Shown here piece after piece: positions 26,184 through 34,730 of a stretch of DNA of 64,000 bases; positions within the stretch are counted from its first letter, which is position 1, and each line of letters opens with the position of its first letter. Made by a program: the position numbers and the translations under genes. The stretch is from an uncultured Thermoleophilia bacterium. GTDB taxonomy: Bacteria; Actinomycetota; Thermoleophilia; Gaiellales; Gaiellaceae. The stretch is from assembly GCA_963762715.1 (NCBI GenBank), contig CAVXLT010000005.1:148020-212019 (forward strand). Direction: 5' to 3'. Below the pieces are notes generated by a model. It was not told the DNA's origin, searched no databases, and saw only the letters and a list, made by a program, of their open reading frames with translations.

Positions 26184-26810
26184 CTACACACGGGCGATGT
26201 CGGGCACCACGCGGCCGTCCTCGCGCATGTGCGCGTTCCACGCGACGAACGCGCTCTCGAGGTCGTCGGGATCGTGGCCCCGGTCTTCCAGCCGCACCGG
26301 GTTGTCCGAGTCGGGCGAGACGCGGTACTGGTACCAGGAGATGTCCCAGGCGACCGTGACGACCACCTCGGCGTTGACGCCGGAGAGGCGGACGATCGAG
26401 ACGCGGGGCTCGCCGAGCGACTTCGCGATCCCGCCGACGGTGCGGCGGTACTGCGACGCGTTGAACAGGTCGGCCGCCTCGACGATCGCCAGCTCCTGCT
26501 CGGAGAGACGACGCAGGATCGGCTCGGAGGCGACGGTCTCCTCCGCGGCCCGCCGGCGGGTGCCGAGCAGGGCGGAGAGCAGCCCGGCGCCGCCGCCGCG
26601 GCGCCTGCGTTCGGCCGGCACCGTCGGGGACGTGGGCGCTCCCTCCCGGATCCAGCCGTACTCGATCGCCGTCTCCGCACAGAGCGGGCAGACGTCGACG
26701 TAGTCGGAGCCGCCGTTGGGCGAGAACCGAACCGCCCGCTCGCCCATCAGCAGCGTGCGCTCGCAGATCGCGCAGGAGCGATCCAGGGTCACGCGTGTCA
26801 CCCGCGTCAT
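26184..26810 (-). CDS. hypothetical protein with an N-terminal zinc-ribbon (CxxC...CxxC)
   Basis: CAICERTLL...VDVCPLCAE at the N-terminus. The C-terminal domain is unrecognised. Confidence 0.6.
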   Translation of the reverse strand: MTRVTRVTLDRSCAICERTLLMGERAVRFSPNGGSDYVDVCPLCAETAIEYGWIREGAPTSPTVPAERRRRGGGAGLLSALLGTRRRAAEETVASEPILRRLSEQELAIVEAADLFNASQYRRTVGGIAKSLGEPRVSIVRLSGVNAEVVVTVAWDISWYQYRVSPDSDNPVRLEDRGHDPDDLESAFVAWNAHMREDGRVVPDIARV

Positions 26811-26850
26811 GCGGACAGGGTAACCGAGGAAAACGCGTTCGAGCTGTCTC

Positions 26851-28896
26851 TCAGGCCGGGACGGCCTCGTGCTCCTTCCGCGCCTGCTCGATCAGCTTCT
26901 GGGCGATGTGCGCAGGCACCTCCTCGTAGCGGAGGAACTGCATGTGGTAGTCGCCGCGACCGCCCGTCAGCGAGACGAGCGCCTGGTTGTAGGTCAGCAC
27001 CTCGGCCATCGGCACCTCGGCCTTGATCGTCGTCGCGCCGCCCTTCGGCTCCATGCCGAGCAGCCGGCCGCGACGCGAGTTGAGGTCGCCGTTGATCGCC
27101 CCGACCGAATCGTCGGGCACCGTGACCTCGAGCTCCATCACCGGCTCGAGCAGCGCGGGCTGCGCCTTCTCGTACGCCGAGCGGAACGCCATCGAGCCGG
27201 CGATCTTGAAGGCCATCTCGGAGGAGTCGACCGAGTGGTAGCTGCCGTCGACGAGCTTCACGCGCACCCCCTGCACCGGGGCACCGGCGAGCTCCCCGTG
27301 CTGCATCGCCTCCTGGATCCCCTTGTCGACCGCGGGGCGGAAGCCCTGCGGGATCACCCCGCCGACGATCTTGTCGACGAACTCGTAGCCCACGTGGTCG
27401 TCGAGGGGCTCGAGCTCGATGTGACAGTCGCCGAACTGGCCGCGGCCGCCGGTCTGCTTCTTGTAGCGGCCCTGCGCACGGGCGGAGCCCTTGATCGTCT
27501 CGACGTAGGGCACCCGCGGCTGGTGCAGCTCCATCTCGACGCCGAACCGCCGTCGCGCGCGCTCGACGGCGACCTCGACGTGCACCTGGCTCATCCCCGA
27601 GAGCAGCTCCTCCCCGGTCCGCTGGTCGCGCGAGACGTGCAGGGTCGGATCCTCCTCGGACAGCCGCCGCAGCGCCTGCACGACCTTGTCCTCGTCGCCC
27701 TTCGTCTTCGCCGTCACGGCGAAGCTCATCACCGGCTCCGCGAAGCCGAGCGGCGGCGGGTCGAGGTCGTGCTCGGAGTCGACGAGCACGTCGCCGGTCT
27801 GCACGTCCTTCAGCTTCGCGACGGCGCCGAGGTCGCCGGCGCCGAAGCCGTCGGCCTTCTCGTGCTCCTTGCCCTCCAGCGTCATCAGCGACCCGAGCCG
27901 CTCCTTCGAATGGTCGCGATGGTTGACGAGCGTCGTGTCCGAGCGCACCTCGCCCGCGTAGACGCGGAAGACGGAGATGCGGCCGGCGAACGGGTCGGCG
28001 ACCGTCTTGAAGACGAAGGCCGCGACGCTGGCGTCGGTTTCGATCGGGGAGCCCTTCTTCGCGGGGCTCGGCACGCCCTCGACGAGCAGGTCGAGCAGCG
28101 CGTGCGTCCCCAGATTCTTCGTCGCCACGCCGCAGGAGACCGGGTAGATCTCGTCGCGCGTGACCGCGTTCTTGAGGGCGGCGGCGATGTCCTCGGCGGG
28201 AATCTCCTCGCCGCCGAGGTACCGCTCCATCAGCTCCTCGTCGGTCTCGACGACCGCGTCGAGCAGCTTCGTCCGGTACTCGGCGACGAGCTCGGCCAGC
28301 TCGCCCGGGATCTCGACCGGGTCGCCCTCCCGCTCGCCGCCCGGATCCAGGTAGGCGCAGTTGTGCAGGAGGTCGACCACGCCGCGCAGCTCGTGCTCCG
28401 CCCCGATCGGCAGCTGGATCGCGATGCAGCGGTCGGACAGCTGCTCCTGGATCGCGGCGAGCGTCCGGTAGAAGTCGGCCCGCTCGCGGTCGAGCATGTT
28501 GACGACGACGACCCGCGAGAGCTCGAGCTCCTCCGCGCGCTCCCACACGCGGGAGGTGTTGACCTCGACGCCCATCACGCCCGAGACGACGACGAGCGCC
28601 CCTTCGACCACGCGCAACGACGCGACGGTGTCTGCCTGGAAGCCGGTGTCGCCGGGGGTGTCGATCAGGTTGATCTTCCGCCCCTGCCACTCGCAGTTCG
28701 CGAGCGACGCCGAGAGCGACATCTGCCGCCGCTGCTCCTCCTCGTCCCAGTCGGTGACGGTGGTCCCTGCCTCGACGGTGCCCAGCCGGTTCGTCTTTCC
28801 CGCCTGGAAGAGCATCGCTTCGACGAGCGAGGTCTTGCCCGTTCCGCGGTGGCCGACGACAGCGACGTTGCGGATCTTCCCGGCTTCGATGGGCAT
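26851..28896 (-). CDS. elongation factor G paralog (EF-G2-like GTPase)
   Basis: 681 aa. IRNVAVVGHRGTGKTSLVEAML, INLIDTPGDTGF and full EF-G domain order. Divergent G1 motif compared with canonical AHIDAGKTT. Confidence 0.88.
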   Translation of the reverse strand: MPIEAGKIRNVAVVGHRGTGKTSLVEAMLFQAGKTNRLGTVEAGTTVTDWDEEEQRRQMSLSASLANCEWQGRKINLIDTPGDTGFQADTVASLRVVEGALVVVSGVMGVEVNTSRVWERAEELELSRVVVVNMLDRERADFYRTLAAIQEQLSDRCIAIQLPIGAEHELRGVVDLLHNCAYLDPGGEREGDPVEIPGELAELVAEYRTKLLDAVVETDEELMERYLGGEEIPAEDIAAALKNAVTRDEIYPVSCGVATKNLGTHALLDLLVEGVPSPAKKGSPIETDASVAAFVFKTVADPFAGRISVFRVYAGEVRSDTTLVNHRDHSKERLGSLMTLEGKEHEKADGFGAGDLGAVAKLKDVQTGDVLVDSEHDLDPPPLGFAEPVMSFAVTAKTKGDEDKVVQALRRLSEEDPTLHVSRDQRTGEELLSGMSQVHVEVAVERARRRFGVEMELHQPRVPYVETIKGSARAQGRYKKQTGGRGQFGDCHIELEPLDDHVGYEFVDKIVGGVIPQGFRPAVDKGIQEAMQHGELAGAPVQGVRVKLVDGSYHSVDSSEMAFKIAGSMAFRSAYEKAQPALLEPVMELEVTVPDDSVGAINGDLNSRRGRLLGMEPKGGATTIKAEVPMAEVLTYNQALVSLTGGRGDYHMQFLRYEEVPAHIAQKLIEQARKEHEAVPA

Positions 28897-28935
28897 CGAG
28901 TCCTCCTCGGCGAGCTGACGGTTCCGACCGAAATC

Positions 28936-29878
28936 CTATGCGCCGCCGCGCTGCACCGCGACGCGTCCGGTGACGTGCCTGCTCTCGTCGATCCGCCAGT
29001 CGATCCGGACGGAGCTGCGGCCGCACGAGCCCGAGAGCCCGGCTGCGCCGAGCCGGTCGACCGTTCCGCTGCACGAGGCGCCGGAGGGGAAGTCGATCTG
29101 GAGCGCGCTCTGCTCGACCTGCCCCCGGTCGACGAGCAGGTCGACGCGGAGCGCCGCCCCGCGCGGCGCGGCCGAGCACCGAGACGACGGGATCCCGGCT
29201 GACGACCGTCCCGACGAGCGCGCTGCTGAAGGACGACGGCACGCCGCCCGCCGCGGCGGCGACCGCCGACGGCCGCGCCGGCGCCGGCGGCTGGGGCGCG
29301 AACGCCAGCGCCAGCACGCTCGCGGCCGCAGCGGCGCCGACGAGCGCGATCGCTGCGGGCCCGGCTGCCTTTGCGAAGCGCACGAGGAACGCGAGCGCGA
29401 CCGCCGACACGGCGATCGCGAGCAGGGCGATGAACCACGAGTCGCGCCGGTCGGTGCCCGCGAGCAGCGCGTGCGCGGTCGCCGCCAGCCAGACGCCGAT
29501 CGTCAGGTAGTGGCTGCGCCGCCAGAGGCGGTACGGGAGCCGCCCGCGTAGGGCGTTCGCGACCGCCACCGCGGCGGCGAGCTCGGCTGCGGCGACGCCC
29601 AGCCCGACGGCGAAGGGACGGTAGGGCGACGTGAACGGCACGACCGCCTGGGCGAGCGAGAGCGGCACGACGGTGTCGAGCACGAGGGTCAGCCCGTGCA
29701 GCGCGATGAAGACGGCCATCACGATCGTGATGAAGCGGTGCACGTCCTCGATCGCGAAGCGCGGCCAGGCAAAGCGGGCCCGCGCCGACATCAGGACGCC
29801 GAGCACGACGCCGGCCGAGAGCAGCAGGTAGGCGACGATCCCGGCGGAGCGGGCGACGTACCAGGTCGTGGCGCTCAC
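28936..29878 (-). pseudogene. ferric-reductase-like (MsrQ-type) transmembrane protein with a C-terminal beta-rich domain; apparent frameshift ~29158
   Basis: VSATTWYVARSAGIVAYLLLS...RFAWPRFAIEDVHRFITIVMAVFIALHG...YLTIGVWLAATAHALL. The C-terminal ALRVDLLVDRGQVEQSALQIDFPSG... lies in a second frame and ends at TAG 28936-28938. Paralog of 41270..42361. Confidence 0.75.
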
Positions 29879-30715
29879 GCGGCGAGCGGCGCCTGTTCGA
29901 GCGACCGGCTCCAGGCACCGTTGTGGACGAGGGCGCCGTCCGCGGCGACGAACCGGCCCGGGAGGCCTCGCTCGTCGAGCCAGCCGGGCCCGCGACGCCC
30001 GAGCAGCAGCGCGGCCTTGGCGGCGACGTCGGCGCGGGCGCAGCTCGAGGCGCACACCGTCACGTCGCGCCAGGGCGTGGCGGCCGGCGCTCCCGTGGCG
30101 GGGTCGATCAGGTGGTGCTGCCGCTCGGCCGCCGCGCAGCCAGGCACGGCGACCGGTGCTCGAGGTGGCGAGGCCGCCGGCGTCGAGCGTCACCGCGCCG
30201 CCGCCGGGGAGCCCGACGGTGACGGGCATGGTCGTCGCGAGGTCGCCGCCCGCCGACACCCACCCGGTTCCGAGCAGGGCGACGGCGTCGTCGACGGTCT
30301 GGCCCTTGACGACCCCGTTCAGGTCGAGCGTCATCGGCACCGTGCGCAGCAGCGCGCACCCGCGCAGCGAGAGCGATTCGAGAGAGGGCACGCCGGCCGG
30401 CCCGACCGCGTCGCCGTCAAGGGGCAGGTCGGCGAAGTCGCGGTCGTAGCCGGCGGCGAGCACCGCGGCGCCGACGGCCGGGGTGACCAGCCCGTCGGTG
30501 GCGCGGGCCGCGTCGAGAGCAAGGGAGAGCATCGACGCGAACTCCTCCGAGAGCAGCGCCAGGCCGAGAGGGGAGCCGTTGACGCGGTTCAGCTCGGAGG
30601 AAGGGTGAAAGCGGCTGAAGCGGCGGTCGCGCCGCTCGAAGAGGGCCTGCACCGGCGCGAGGGCGGCCGGGTCGGAGAGCGCGACCTCGCACCCCATCGA
30701 GCGAAAGCCGGTCAC
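29875..30715 (-). pseudogene. FAD:protein FMN transferase (ApbE), no signal peptide; apparent frameshift ~30130
   Basis: VTGFRSMGCEVAL...LNGVVKGQTVDD...GGLATSSTGRRAW, then in another frame QHHLIDPATGAPAATPWRDVTV. GTGA overlaps at both ends. Confidence 0.78.
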
Positions 30716-31011
30716 GAGCCACCACTCTGCACGGAGGGAGCGCCCTGGCTCGGCGGCGAGATCGAGCCGCCGCTGCTGCCGCCGTCGCCGAAGAACGACC
30801 CGTCCGACTGGGACTGCTGGGCGCCGAACGCGCTCGAGGGCATCGCCGCCTGAGCGCCGCTGCCCGACGTGCCGGCCGAGGCATGCCCGGGATGCGCTGC
30901 GCGTACGGCGAGGCCCGCGCCCGCAAAGCCGAGGGCCGCGGCGACGCCGATGCCGTAGCGGGTGAGGCGAAGCCGGCGCTTCGCGACGTCGATCCGGGAC
31001 GGTTCCTGCAT
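30712..31011 (-). CDS. small membrane-anchored low-complexity (Ser/Gly/Ala/Gln) protein ending in SGGS
   Basis: Basic N-terminus, one TM (YGIGVAAALGFAGAGLAV), then a low-complexity tail. Stop overlaps the GTG start of ApbE. Same architecture as 39974..40348. Confidence 0.6.
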   Translation of the reverse strand: MQEPSRIDVAKRRLRLTRYGIGVAAALGFAGAGLAVRAAHPGHASAGTSGSGAQAAMPSSAFGAQQSQSDGSFFGDGGSSGGSISPPSQGAPSVQSGGS

Positions 31012-31076
31012 GACGCAAGCATTCCCGGCCGGCCTAAGCCGAGGCTAAGACGCGGGTACGGATTCGCTGAGCGTGC

Positions 31077-31847
31077 TCAGACGCGCGCGGCGGCGCCCGC
31101 CAGGCGCACCTTGAGGCGCAGGATCGCCTTCGTGTGCAGCTGCGAGACGCGCGACTCGGTCACGCCGAGCACCTCGCCGATCTCCCGCAGGGTCAGCTCC
31201 TCGTAGTAGTAGAGGGTGACCACGAGCTTCTCGCGTTCCGGCAGGCGGGAGATCGCATCGGCGAGGGCCTCGCGCATCTCGGTCTCGTCGAGCGCGTCGG
31301 CGGGACGGACGCCGGAGGTGTCCTCGATCGTGTCCATCAGCGAGATCTGGTCGCCGTCGCCCGACACCGACCACAGCTCGTCGAGCGCCGCGATCGACGA
31401 GCGGGAGATGTCGGTGAGGGAATCCTCGAGCTCCTCGACCGTGATTCCGACCTTCTCGGCGATCTGCTCGTCGGTGGGCGCGGTCCCGAGCTTCGCCTCG
31501 AGCTCGCCGATCGCCCGCTCGATCTCGCGGGCCCGCGAGCGGACCGAACGGGGGACCCAGTCGAGGGCGCGCAGCTCGTCGATGATCGCGCCCTTGATGC
31601 GCGCGATCGCGTAGGTCTCGAACTTGATGTCCCGCTCCGGGTCGTAGCGCTCGATCGCGCCGATCAGGCCCAGCAGGCCGTACGAGACGAGATCCCCCTC
31701 GTCGACGTGGGCGGGCAGCCCCGAGCCGAGCCGGCCGGCGACGTACTTGACGAGCGGCGCATAGGTGAGGATCAGCTGGTCGCGCAGCGTTTTGTCGTGC
31801 GTGCGCCGAAACTCGAGCCACAGCGCCTGCGTGTCCTGAGCCGCCAC
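31077..31847 (-). CDS. FliA/WhiG-family RNA polymerase sigma factor
   Basis: Regions 2-4 are present: YAPLVKYVAGRL, DLVSYGLLGLIGAIERYDP..KFETYAIARIKGAIIDELR, LTLREIGEVLGVTESRVSQLHTKA. Confidence 0.9.
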   Translation of the reverse strand: MAAQDTQALWLEFRRTHDKTLRDQLILTYAPLVKYVAGRLGSGLPAHVDEGDLVSYGLLGLIGAIERYDPERDIKFETYAIARIKGAIIDELRALDWVPRSVRSRAREIERAIGELEAKLGTAPTDEQIAEKVGITVEELEDSLTDISRSSIAALDELWSVSGDGDQISLMDTIEDTSGVRPADALDETEMREALADAISRLPEREKLVVTLYYYEELTLREIGEVLGVTESRVSQLHTKAILRLKVRLAGAAARV

Positions 31848-31863
31848 GGAAAGAGAATACGCG

Positions 31864-32025
31864 CTAGGAACGCATTCTCCTCAGTGCAGATGCCACGAGC
31901 GTCGCCATCCAGACCGCGAGCGCGGCCGCGGCGGCCGCGATCGGCCACTGGTGGGCCGACCCCGCCCAGTAGGCGAGGGCGGCGAAGCCGAGCGTGATCA
32001 GCGAGAAGAGCACCGCCAGGGGCAC
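31864..32025 (-). CDS. possible small two-TM membrane protein (53 aa)
   Basis: Reads GTG...VPLAVLFSLITLGFAALAYWAGSAHQWPIAAAAAALAVWMATLVASALRRMRS-stop. Below the ORF-track size cutoff. GC3-biased. Confidence 0.35.
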   Translation of the reverse strand: MPLAVLFSLITLGFAALAYWAGSAHQWPIAAAAAALAVWMATLVASALRRMRS

Positions 32026-32050
32026 CCGGCGATGCTACTGCCCGATCCCG

Positions 32051-32203
32051 CTACCGATCGGCCTCGAGCGCGTCGTCGCGCTCGCCCTCGTCGTCTCCGT
32101 AGCCCTTCCCCTCCTGCTCCGAGAGCAGGTCGTCGTCGTCCGGGCGTTCTTCCTCGGTGGTGCTCACGGCCGGGTCCTGCCCGCAAGCCGCCGATACAAT
32201 CAT
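32051..32203 (-). CDS. possible small acidic protein (50 aa)
   Basis: MIVSAACGQDPAVSTTEEERPDDDDLLSEQEGKGYGDDEGERDDALEADR with strong GC3 bias. The longer ORF-track form (to 32251) would overlap tRNA-Trp. Confidence 0.35.
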   Translation of the reverse strand: MIVSAACGQDPAVSTTEEERPDDDDLLSEQEGKGYGDDEGERDDALEADR

Positions 32204-32214
32204 CCGCGCAACCG

Positions 32215-32287
32215 AGGGGCGTGGCGCAATTGGTAGCGCACCGGTCTCCAAAACCGGGGGTTGCAGGTTCGAGTCCTGTCGCCCCTG
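32215..32287 (+). tRNA. tRNA-Trp (anticodon CCA)
   Basis: AGGGGCGTGGCGCAATTGGTAGCGCACCGGTCTCCAAAACCGGGGGTTGCAGGTTCGAGTCCTGTCGCCCCTG folds as a cloverleaf. Anticodon loop is CTCCAAA. Confidence 0.93.
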
Positions 32288-32293
32288 TCGCTC

Positions 32294-32328
32294 GGAAAGC
32301 CGCCAACCCGGGCGGCTTTCCCTTTGTC
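32294..32328 (+). terminator. intrinsic-terminator-like hairpin after tRNA-Trp
   Basis: GGAAAGCCGCC-aacccg-GGCGGCTTTCC (11-bp perfect stem) followed by CTTTGTC. Confidence 0.6.
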
Positions 32329-32571
32329 TACGAGGAGCTCGACGCCTGCGTTGTGGCAGGTGTTGCGTTTTCGGGTACGGCTCCTACACTGAGGCTGACG
32401 CTGCGGCAGCTCGTACGGGGAGGGGAGCTGGATGCAGTCGCACGTGGGTGCCGGTCGGCCGATGACGACACCCGCTGCCCTCGCAGGTCAGACGACGCCT
32501 CGTCGCGCGCAGCCGCGATACCCGCGACCGCGGGTCGCATCGCTTCGACGTCCACCACGGAGGGAGCCGTA

Positions 32572-32811
32572 ATGGAACGGCAGGTTCGTGCTCGTTACTG
32601 GGTCGAGTGTGCGGCAGGTGCCGCGTCGGGCTTGCTGGCGGTGCTGACGGTGGTCTGGAGAGACTGGATCGAGCTCGTGACGGGCCTCGACCCTGACCAC
32701 CACAGCGGCGCGCTCGAGTGGCTCCTCGTAGCCGTCTTCTGCGGTGTTGCCGTCTCGGCGCTCGCCGGCGCGCGGCTCGAATGGCAGCGGCGGGACGCAG
32801 TTCTTTCCTGA
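32572..32811 (+). CDS. small membrane protein (2 TM), unknown function
   Basis: GGAGGGA lies upstream of ATG 32572. MERQVRARYWVECAAGAASGLLAVLTVVW...WLLVAVFCGVAVSALAG. Confidence 0.6.
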   Translation: MERQVRARYWVECAAGAASGLLAVLTVVWRDWIELVTGLDPDHHSGALEWLLVAVFCGVAVSALAGARLEWQRRDAVLS

Positions 32812-32874
32812 GCCCGACGATGAACGACGCTGCGGCCGATTGCTTCTCGAACTGACCCGAAAGCGAGGCCACCG

Positions 32875-33418
32875 GTGCCACCAAGGAAGAGAGCCACGAA
32901 GACGACCGCGAAGAGCGCCACCGCGAAGAAGGCGACCGCGAAGAAGGCAACCGCCAAGAGGACGAGCACGAAGAGGAAGGCGTCCTCGAGCCCGGCGGTG
33001 AAGAAGCACCTGGCGCCGGGGCTCGTCGGCGGGCCGGCGCTGGAGCGGCTGAAGGCGGCTCCGGCGGGCAGCTCGGCGGAGGCCGCCGTCGTGGAGACAC
33101 TGCAGGCGTTCGACGTCGAGGAGTTGAAGGCGGCGCTCGCGAGCTCAGAGGGCAAGGACCGCCGCCAGCTGTTCGCCGCCGTGCCGCGCGATCAGCTGCG
33201 GAACGTGGTCGCCTCGCTGCCGGAGGCGGTGATCGGGCCGAGCAAGCCGCCGGCGCCGGCGCCGCCTCCCGCGCCGGTCGGCGGCCCACCGGCGACGATC
33301 CTGCAGACGACCTACGAGAACATGCGCTACGCGCCCGCGGAGAGCGACCCGCTCTGGGCGCAGAAGATCAGCGGCGGATCGACGATCGGGCTCACTTCGC
33401 CACCCGCCCTGGGAGTGG
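32875..33418 (+). CDS. histone-H1-like Lys/Ala-rich N-terminal region plus linker; probably the 5' part of one gene continuing at 33419 after a frameshift (~33390)
   Basis: MPPRKRATKTTAKSATAKKATAKKATAKRTSTKRKASS..., then a Pro-rich linker and ATILQTTYENMRYAPAESDPLWAQKISGGSTIG. Beyond about 33400 this frame becomes Arg/Gly-rich nonsense. Confidence 0.55.
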
Positions 33419-34612
33419 GTGTCGGTCTACGACACGACGGCGGAGAAGGAGGGGTCGCTCAACAATCCGGTCGCGGGTCTGACCGGCTGGGTGGTCGCCG
33501 CCGATCATCCGATCTCCGGCGCCGACGTCTGGTTCGTTCATCCATGGGGCAACGACTTCGAGTACTTCGTCGCGCCGGATCCGCAGTACGAGTCGCTCTG
33601 CTCCGCCTCCAACACCGGCATCACACCCGGCACCGGCAAGAAGGACACGGAGTTCTACGACGCCACGCAGCATGCCCAGAACGTGCTGAAGCTACCGGCG
33701 CCGAAAGGGGTGATCGGGGTCGAGATCGACCAGGGCCTGGTCCCGCGCTCCTTCCAGAACGTGGTCACCGACGGTGCCCGGATCGCAACGTTCGGCCGCT
33801 GGATCGTCGACTGCGGTCACGACGACTTCCACACCGAGATCCATCCGCCGCTGCTGACGGCGGTCGCAAAGCCGGAGCCTCCCCCCGCCGGCGTCGTCGG
33901 CGCCTCGCAGATGACCCATGTCGAGCTGATGTCGCGTCCGTTCAGCACCAGCCAGGCGTTCGCCGAGGGAAACTTCGTCGACCATCTCCTCGCCGAGGTC
34001 GCAAAGGTGGAAGACACGACCTTCGGCGTGCCGCACTCCTGGCGGGTGGAAGCGCACCCGCACATCTTCACGCCGCCCTACGACGGGCGTCCCTACATCA
34101 AGCTGCTCGTCCAGCCACCGGTGCCCCGTGGCCACATGGGCCCGGTCTTCCAGCAGCAGCGGCTGATCGTGAACTTCCACTTCACCTGCCGCGAAGGCGT
34201 TGCCGTGCGTGTCTTCGACGCCGGCCACGACACCGTCGGCATTCTGATCGTCCTCGGCGACCTCAACCCCTCTCCCCTGCCCCGCAAGCACGACCTGACC
34301 GTGGACTGGGACGAGCTGGGCGGCTACTACCACTGGGTGATCGACGCACTCGAGATCGTCGACATCCTCACCCTGAACATCCTCCCGGCGGTCGTCCTGA
34401 ACCGCGGAATCCTCACCGACCTCTACGACCCACCGCAGGCCGTCAGCCCATTCGACAACCAGAACGTCGCGCAGCCGGTCGCGATCGACGCGCTCGACGC
34501 CGCGGCCGGGATCTCGATCGACGACAGCCAGCCGTTCCCGATCTACGGCTGGCTGAAGACGTACTGGCAGACCTCCGACCTCGTCGTCCACCCCGGCCCC
34601 GCGATCGGCTGA
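33419..34612 (+). CDS. conserved-looking globular domain of unknown function (about 400 aa)
   Basis: GC3-biased with balanced composition. WFVHPWGNDFEYFVAPDPQYESLC and GRWIVDCGHDDFHTEIHPP look like catalytic-style Cys/His/Asp clusters. I cannot place the family. Confidence 0.65.
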   Translation: MSVYDTTAEKEGSLNNPVAGLTGWVVAADHPISGADVWFVHPWGNDFEYFVAPDPQYESLCSASNTGITPGTGKKDTEFYDATQHAQNVLKLPAPKGVIGVEIDQGLVPRSFQNVVTDGARIATFGRWIVDCGHDDFHTEIHPPLLTAVAKPEPPPAGVVGASQMTHVELMSRPFSTSQAFAEGNFVDHLLAEVAKVEDTTFGVPHSWRVEAHPHIFTPPYDGRPYIKLLVQPPVPRGHMGPVFQQQRLIVNFHFTCREGVAVRVFDAGHDTVGILIVLGDLNPSPLPRKHDLTVDWDELGGYYHWVIDALEIVDILTLNILPAVVLNRGILTDLYDPPQAVSPFDNQNVAQPVAIDALDAAAGISIDDSQPFPIYGWLKTYWQTSDLVVHPGPAIG

Positions 34613-34730
34613 ACGCCACAGCCGCTCTGAGCCCCGAACCTGGTTCGCCGCAGGCGAACCAGGTTCGGGCGCCGGGCACGGCGGGGCGGCGCCGGCTCTC
34701 ACCCACCCCGTTTGTGCCATCATCGAGCGC

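Noticed and set aside
26851-28896. EF-G-like GTPase as a possible SelB (Sec-specific elongation factor)
   Set aside because: It has full EF-G length and domain order (including domain IV/V-like regions) and lacks the winged-helix C-terminal extension expected of SelB. It is best read as an EF-G paralog. No selA/B/C/D is recognisable in this window.
30712-30726. C-terminal SGGS of both small anchor proteins (also 40334-40348) as an ApbE flavinylation motif ([S/T]GA[S/T]-like)
   Set aside because: The motif lacks the usual Asp/Ala context. The conserved GG codons coincide with a purine-rich Shine-Dalgarno-like stretch (ggtgg/ggcgga) just upstream of the overlapping ApbE GTG start, which is a simpler explanation for their conservation.
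26807-31018. 1403-aa minus-strand ORF and other very long ORFs (2430..4814, 4741..6552, 58775..61330, 61224..63209, 35xxx etc.)
   Set aside because: These are Arg/Ala/Gly/Pro-rich translations antisense to, or out of frame with, genes that have clear family motifs, which is typical of shadow ORFs in high-GC DNA. The 1403-aa ORF is real only in the segments corresponding to the MsrQ-like and ApbE genes.
32204-32251. N-terminal extension of ORF 32051..32251
   Set aside because: It would overlap tRNA-Trp (32215-32287) on the opposite strand. The internal ATG at 32203 gives a non-overlapping small ORF, itself only weakly supported.
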